In this document: positions 60,495 through 64,000 of the stretch, one piece after another
How the letters are laid out: every line of letters begins with the position of its first letter
Numbering within the stretch: the first letter of the stretch is position 1
Translations under genes and position numbers: made by a program
The notes under the pieces: model-generated
Told to the model about the DNA's origin: nothing
Database searches by the model: none
Seen by the model: only the letters and a program-made list of their open reading frames with translations
Source: Zootoca vivipara
Taxonomy: Eukaryota
NCBI RefSeq assembly: GCF_963506605.1
Contig: NC_083276.1
Location: forward strand, 73,594,001-73,658,000
Direction of reading: 5' to 3'
DNA: 64,000 bases

Positions 60495-61361
60495 GGGGAG
60501 TATTCTTGGGCTGCTAAATTGTCAATAACCCCCCCCCACTTTCACCAATGGCTTCTCCCAACCATCCCCCAACCCTGTCTGTGGATTATTCTGATTCACA
60601 TCACTTATTTAAATGTATAGCCAATTCTCATGGCAAAGAGTGGATGACACCAGAATCCTGATCAGATGCTCACCCGCCCACAAACAATTAGAAGCACATG
60701 ATGGGGAGATTGGGGGCTTTGGAGCACCCTCCTTAGCCCCATCCACACTGTTGCTCAGCTCCATTGCCCTCTACCTACTGGAGGGAATAACTTCTGCAAA
60801 GGGTGCCTGCTCTATTTGTGGAGGTTCCCTGCATGATTTAGAACACAATTGGGGTTCTATGTCAAGTAGGAAACCTACATGGGAATAGCAGAATCCTTGC
60901 TGCAGAGGCTACTGTTCCAGTGCATGGACAGTGATGGAGTCAAGTGATGGGAATATGGCAGAGTCAAGAAGCACACCTCCACTCTCCTTGTCATACAGTG
61001 CTGATCAACTGGAGGTATCAACACCTGAACTAGTGTTGGTTGGTGCCCATTGGTAGCATAGAAGGCAGGGAGACCAATAGGAGGTGAAGTCAGAGCCAAC
61101 AGCAGGCAGAGCCAACTATTTCTTGTTTTGTCTCCATCCTCCTCCTTAAGGTGGAGGAAGTTAACAGGGAGTCCCACTCTCCGGGCTGGTTGTAAATAAG
61201 ACCGACAGAGTGGAGACTGAGGTTGTGGAGCAATGCCACACATGCCCTTATGGTCTCCACTGGGCTCAATAGGGCTAATGTTGAGCAGCAATATAAAATA
61301 TCTAATGGAAACCCTGTTGAAATATCTAATGTACTGTAAATGGTAAAATCTCAGTCTATAG

Positions 61362-61497
61362 CAGGCATCCCCAAACTGCGGCCCTCCAGATGTTTTGGCC
61401 TACAACTCCCATGATCCCTAGCTAACAGGACCAGTGGTCAGGGATGATGGGAACTGTAGTCCAAAACATCTGGAGGGCCGAAGTTTGGGGATGCCTG
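61362..61497. mobile_element. 136-bp hAT MITE, same body as 53723-53858 but different TIR
   Basis: Perfect TIR CAGGCATCCCCAAACT; perfect TSD GTCTATAG. Confidence 0.94.
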
Positions 61498-61619
61498 GTC
61501 TATAGTCTCAATCCCATTTTCTGCAAGTCAGTTTAGGCACTGGTTCCTTTCAGTTACTTTTCCCTACATGGAAGCAGCTTGGGGCTGTACTTAGGTACCT
61601 AATTGGGGGTGGGGTGGGG

Positions 61620-61855
61620 AGTTGGTTGGCTGGTTCGTTGGTTGGTTGATTGGTTGGTTGGATGGTTGGTTTATTTAATTTATATACCACCCTATACCCC
61701 CAGAGGTCTCCGGGCGGTTCAAAGAAAAGATCATAACATATAAAATTAAAATAAAAACAATAACCCAATAACACACACACACCAAAAGAGCTGCATTTTA
61801 AAAGGGTATAGGATGTCAATCAGGTCAAACAAAGGCCTGGTTAAAAAAGGACGTT
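61620..61855 (-). mobile_element. L2-like 3' end (different subfamily) with adjacent (GTTG)n repeat
   Basis: TTATATACCACCC...CGGGCGGTTC hairpin-type terminus, A-rich UTR complement, AAAGGCCTGGTTAAAAAAGGACGTT resembling an antisense ORF2 end. Confidence 0.55.
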
Positions 61856-64000
61856 GATTTGGAGCAAGAGGAAGACAGATATAGCTGCACCAATTCCTGT
61901 GATTGTAGCTGCCAACTGGAATTCTTTGCAGCAGTTGTAAGAATGTGCACGGCCAATCAAGGATTCAGGCTGTTGGCCTGTAGAGAAAAATTACTGTGTT
62001 TTACAACATTTCTTCAGTATGTTTAGGCTTAAGGCCTGGATAAGTCCTCAACAGAGATGCATGAAAGCCTGGCCACTGCTACCATGGCTGATAGTTCTGT
62101 CTTACTGCAATGTGATAACACATGGTTGGAACACTTATCCATGACTGCAGATTCTTAATTCCCAAAAGGACATTTTCCAAACAGTTACTCTGCAAGTTTA
62201 AAGTGTGTGTCTTCTTATTCAACGTACTGATTTTGTTGCTATTGCATGGGGTGTCAGCTGCAGTTTGCAATTGTTCCCCATTATATATTCCCAGTATATA
62301 ATGTATTATTACATTATATACTGAGCTTTTTTCAAAAGGCTGGACTCTTCTATAACCTTCCCCGTTGAGTGCAGTTGGAAGCAACACACAACATCCTACA
62401 TAACAAGTTCATATTTTTACCCTGAACACTATATGCACACTTTCCTGGGAGTAGGCTCTGCCAAACTCAATAGGCTTTCTTCTGAAGACATTCACAGGTA
62501 CATACTGGGGTCTCTGTGTTTGCACATTTGACATTGTTTTTGGAATACTTGTCCATAATTGTGAATATGTGGTTCTCACTTTGGGAATTTTTTAAAAAAA
62601 TACATGCATTTGTTGCATCCTTAATTCTCGGGGCTCTATAGTGGTCCTGGAGAGGCAAGCTACCAGCTACACTTCTGTAAGTGCTCCAGTTGCTTTGGTT
62701 TGGTGAACAGATGGTATTGTCAAGAGGATGCTCTTAATCAATTTTTGAGAAAAGGATGGCCATAAAGGGAAAGGGCATCTCTCCTGTGTATTGCACTCAA
62801 TATCCCTACAGCCTTGTGAATAAGAGATGTGATAGCAACATCAAGGTGTTTCCCCATCCTTCTAATTTAATTGGTAGCTCCGGTGAAAGTGATAATAAGT
62901 AATGCACATAATAAAATGAATAATAATCACAATGGTAAAAATACATTTAAGCCGGGATTTAAAAGACTTATTAACCAACAGATCCAACCTACTCTGAAAT
63001 AAGAAGCTTTTGGAAAGTCAAGAATCGATCTAGCATTGTGAACTTTGTTTGGAAACCAAACCAAGTTTCAGCCCACCGATTTTGCATAGAACAGGAAGCT
63101 AGAAAGGGAGATGGAGAACAGAATACCCTGAATTCCAGACCTATGTGCGGCAGGCAAGTTTATAGGTGCAGGACCTGGCATATATGGAAGAACAGGAAAT
63201 CTAGTGAATTAAGGCTTATTCAGTTCAAACTGGCATGTTGCAGGTTTTTCTGCGGTATGAAGGTTAAGCAGATGATATGGCTGGGGAAGTGTAAGCGGCC
63301 TCCATTATAGACTCCATGTATGCCCTTTCTCTGAGCATGTGGAGGAGAAACACTCTGTGAACAATGCCTGAGATTTCTAAGGTTGTAGAGGGACAGAAGA
63401 AGACCTGGCATGCTGATCAAGAAGAATAACAGATTGGAGGGGGGAGACAATAACTGAGGGGGTTGAGGGTCGCAATATCAGTTCAGAGGCAGGAAAAGTA
63501 ACTTGGGATACTTCTAGGTGTCTGTGACATCTCTCCAAAAGCAGTCAACTTAAGGAACTGAAAGATTATCTGGCAAGCTTCAGTGGCCCATCCTCAAAGT
63601 ATCCCCTTACCTTTTTCTTTCTCTCCTTCCTTCCTCCCTTGCTCCATCTTTGAACCCTTATACTGTACTAGTTTGCAGCAGAATGTTCTAGAATTAGTTA
63701 CTTAACATTTGGTGTTTTTTGCAATACTTTTTTTAAAAAAAACACAAACACACATCCATTTCTGCATAATTGAATCAACATGACATTTGCTGCTGTGTTC
63801 AGGTCTGTGGTATCATCATGCAGAGGGTGATGGGGGGGTGTTGCTCTATCAGTACATGTTAAATATTCATTGCACTGGTCTGCTAGTGGCAGCTTTAAAG
63901 AAAATTTGGAAGCAATTGATGGGCAGTGGGTTTTTAAAAGCTGATTTTGGAGGCATCAAAGTGTTTTCGTTGTTCAACCATCGATTTGCACAAAACCACA

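Overview
Non-coding, repeat-rich vertebrate DNA from a squamate reptile, probably a lacertid lizard. This is inferred from Sauria/Squam1 SINEs, Squam3-like SINEs, BovB, CR1, L2 and L1 LINEs and typical hAT and Tc1-mariner MITEs. I found no convincing host protein-coding exon; the window looks intergenic or intronic, with one 132-N assembly gap. The only long genuine ORF is a young, uninterrupted but 3'-truncated Ty3/Gypsy gag-pol (796 aa, minus strand) with an intact 5' LTR and tRNA-Ser PBS. Terminal repeats and target-site duplications (TSDs) resolve many nested insertions. Most notable: (1) a 1.09-kb solo LTR in which excising a nested hAT MITE restores an acidic / Ser-Pro / Arg-rich ORF starting at LTR base 5; (2) a minimal hammerhead ribozyme in a Penelope-like terminal repeat; (3) two MITEs in tandem sharing a triplicated 8-bp TSD, one carrying an 84-bp-period array of ETS-motif-rich palindromes with one flipped centre; (4) an L1 ORF2 hit by three later insertions whose removal restores the frame; (5) a composite MITE that appears to have captured an L2 tail. 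Family names come from motif recognition, not database searches.
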